64,000 nt of DNA from a virus (Duplodnaviria > Caudoviricetes), in IMG/VR virus record IMGVR_UViG_3300036821_000136, positions 1 to 64,000 of that record. One strand, 5' to 3'. Both the position numbers and the translations under genes were made by a program. Each line of letters opens with the position of its first letter. Position 1 is the stretch's first letter. Of this stretch, positions 61,393 to 64,000 are shown one piece after another. A model generated the notes under the pieces. It had not been told where the DNA came from and did not search any database. It worked only from the letters and a program-made list of their open reading frames with translations.

Positions 61393-61923
61393 GCCACTGA
61401 AGGAGCCCCGATGACCACCCCGACCGCCAGCCGCGACGTCCGCGCCAACCCGGGCAACCGGGCCGGCCGCTACGTCGAGACCGCCGAGTACATCCAGGCG
61501 GCCCGCCGGTTCGTCCGCGGCGCCGGCCGCCGGGTCGGCGACATGAACCTCGACGACCTCGACATGCTCATCGCGCTGGCCGAGGAAGCCAACGCCGTCG
61601 CCCACGAGGCCGCCCGCGACCTGCACGACCGCGAGAAGGACGGCTACTCCTGGCAGGAGATCGGCGAGGCCGTCGGCTACGACCCGAAGACCGCCCGGCA
61701 CACCGCCTGGAAGCGGTTCAAGGGCGCCCGCCGCGCCTTCCCGGCCGCCCCCCGCAAGGTCGTCAAGGACGACATAGTGGGCGTGTCCGGCCGCAAGTAC
61801 GCCGGCCGCCGGTTCATCGTCGAGCGGGTCAGCCCGGCGACCGCCCTGCTGGCGCCGGTCGGCGGCGGACCCAAGGTCCGCGCCTTCCACGACCTGATCA
61901 CCGACGCGCCCGAGGAGGGCTGA
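61381..61923 (+). CDS. HTH DNA-binding protein with C-terminal SH3-like domain (alternative start 61411)
   Basis: GYSWQEIGEAVG....ARHTAWKRF. Confidence 0.7.
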   Translation: MSNTATEGAPMTTPTASRDVRANPGNRAGRYVETAEYIQAARRFVRGAGRRVGDMNLDDLDMLIALAEEANAVAHEAARDLHDREKDGYSWQEIGEAVGYDPKTARHTAWKRFKGARRAFPAAPRKVVKDDIVGVSGRKYAGRRFIVERVSPATALLAPVGGGPKVRAFHDLITDAPEEG

Positions 61924-61926
61924 CCG

Positions 61927-64000
61927 ATGCCGCACCTGATCATGATCTTCCCGGTGCTGTGGGGCTGGGCCCTGGCGCACTGGTACCTCGGCGCCGCCGC
62001 CCTGGCCGCCGCCACCCTGACCGCGGTCATCGGCCGCAGGAAGGCCTGACCAATGGACCTGCCCGACAAGGACCTGCTGTTCATCCGCGTCGCCGTGTGC
62101 TGCAGCCGCCCCGGCTGCGGCCTGGCGACGCCCTGCCCGGCCTGCGCCGGCATCATGCGCGTGCCGCTGATCGCCGAGCGGTTCCGGCTGATCGCCGCCG
62201 CCGACGCCGAGCCGCCCGGCCCCGACCGGGACGCCCTGGCCGCCCGCATCACCGAGATCGAGCGCTGGCTCGACGCCCACCCCGAGGCCGCCGCCGATGA
62301 TGACACCTGCCCGTGGTGCGGCGGCCCGATGCCGTGCACCGGGCCCTGCGACTACTCGATGGGCGGAGACCAGTGATGGACGACCAGCAGCGCACCGGCG
62401 TCACCGTCACCCAGTACCAGGGGCCGACGATGCGTTTCGAGACCGCCCAGGCGTACGGCGCCTGGCTGCTGTCCGGCGCCGGGGACCCCGACTTCGCCGT
62501 TGACCTGCACGAGAGCTGGGACGACCCCGGCTACGCGGCCGACGGCGCCCGGATCATCGACGCGATGGCCGACGCCGCCGGCGAGCCCGCCCCCGAGCCC
62601 TACCGGGCCAGCGTGACGCTCCCGGCCGGCGGCGCCCACCCGTTCGAGTGGACGATCACCTGGCCCGCCGGCTGGACCCCGCCCGGCTACCAGGTCACCG
62701 CCTGCCCGGCCTGCGGGCAGGTCACCGAGCCCTACAGCCTGACCGACCCGCGCCTCGTCCACCGCGACACCGGCTGGACCATGTGCGACCCCGACACCTG
62801 GAAGGCGTAGCCCGCCGGGCTACGCGGCAACCGCGAAGGAGAGAGACCGATGACCAAGACCGACACCGGCACGTGGGCCGCCGAGCCGCTGGTCTACGGC
62901 GGCACCGCGGCGGGCAAGACCGTCGCCCGCGTGGCCGTCTGGTATGACGAGCAGCGCAACCAGCTGGTATTCAGCCCCGACAAAGGCCGCCACTACGTGA
63001 TCGGCGGCGTCTACGACACCGAGGTCCGCCGCGACGCCGGCGGCCAGGTCAAGAGCCGCCGCGGCACGCCCCGGTTCACCGGGCGCCACCCCGACACCGA
63101 ATGGGTCGCCGTGCTCGAGGCCGACGACTACGCCGCCCAGCAGAAGATCGCCGCCGGCCAGCTGGAGCGCCGCGCCCGCCGCGACCCGGAGATCGCCAAG
63201 GTGCTCCAGCCGGTCGAGGCGTTCGCCGCCGGCCTCAACTACGCCCAGCGCGACGCGCTGATCGCCCTGATCACCCGCACGGTCTACCGTGCCAGGAACA
63301 CCGGAAAGAGCTGACCACCATGCCCATGTTCAGGAAGACTGAGCGCACCCCCGAGGAGGCGGCGCTGCGCGCCGCCCAGTTCGCCGCGATCGGCGCCAGC
63401 ATCGACCTGCCCGGCCTGTACCGCGGCGCCGGTCCCGGCAAGATCGCCAGGCGGCTCGCCGAGCTGGCCGCCGGCGGCGGCACCGCCGAGGTCACCGGGC
63501 AGACGTCGCGCACGTCGATCGGCGGCGCGCTCGGCGGCGAGCTGATCGCCGGGCCGGTCGGCGCCGTCATCGGCGGGTCCCGGCACCGCACCCAGGTCGT
63601 CGTCCGCGACGGCGCCGGCGGCGTCAAGGTGACCGAGGTCCGCGACGCGCAGAAGGCGTACGCCTTCACCGAGGCGTTCGCCGCCTACGCCGCCATCGTC
63701 GCTGGCGGGACCGACGTCCCGTGACCTGCGGTTACCCCCTGCCCGCGTTGCCGATATATAGTGTGGTCAGTTGCCGGTGTACCGGTGACCACTGAAGGAG
63801 AGAGACACACCATGACCGTTCCGCCGCCGGGCATCACGTGCCCGCCCGACCCCGGCCGCCAGATCAGCGCCGCGCGCCGCGCCCAGGGGTTCCGCGACCA
63901 GGACCACCTCGACCGCTGGTTCGCCTACTCCGACCACACCAGGGAGTGCCCGGCCTGCGGCCTGCCCGGCGACGGCTACGACGGCCCCGACGGCTGGCAG
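61927..64000 (+). other. Small hypothetical ORFs (62053-62376, 62376-62810, 62850-63314, 63319-63724, 63812-partial)
   Basis: Co-oriented, with start-sequence copies at about 62833 and 63792. Confidence 0.55.

Noticed and set aside
1-64000. tRNA/rRNA genes, integrase, att sites, IS elements
   Set aside because: None recognised by eye; tRNAscan-SE and HMM searches would be needed to exclude them

Overview
Very GC-rich actinobacterial phage or phage-plasmid DNA. No rRNA, tRNA, CRISPR array, integrase, major capsid or large terminase gene was recognised. Left (1-5.6 kb, minus strand): virion/tail-type genes, including a long protein with tandem beta-sandwich domains and Ala/Pro/Gly/Thr repeats that runs off the window, plus a DOT1-like methyltransferase. 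6.2-6.4 kb: candidate structured ncRNA. 6.5-10.6 kb: 7-deazaguanine DNA-modification operon (ParB-like, dpdA-like, queC, queD, queE, folE). 11-30 kb: chorismate-lyase-like gene, a fused terminase-small-subunit-like gene, a secreted protein, a large ParB-HTH protein, an N6-MTase-like protein without a visible catalytic motif, and many small ORFs. 30-36 kb: DnaB-N/AAA helicase, HTH initiator next to an iteron/AT-rich origin, XRE HTH, YqaJ exonuclease and RecT. 40-64 kb: modular early-type region (ArdC-like, Mom-like, GIY-YIG-like, ATP-dependent ligase, CSD protein, P450-MFS-TraB-like operon). The most striking signal is a repeated regulatory architecture with four parts: (1) at least 11 copies of a 27-nt AT-rich promoter/5'-end motif, often with a leaderless ATG-AGC-AAC-ACG start; (2) a 16-bp CRP-like box at helically phased positions (about -53, -64, -74) upstream of most copies; (3) about 29 copies of a CTGAAGGAGAGAC start-associated sequence; (4) a separate dispersed 19-bp palindrome (parS- or operator-like). 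All family calls come from motif recognition by eye, not database searches.
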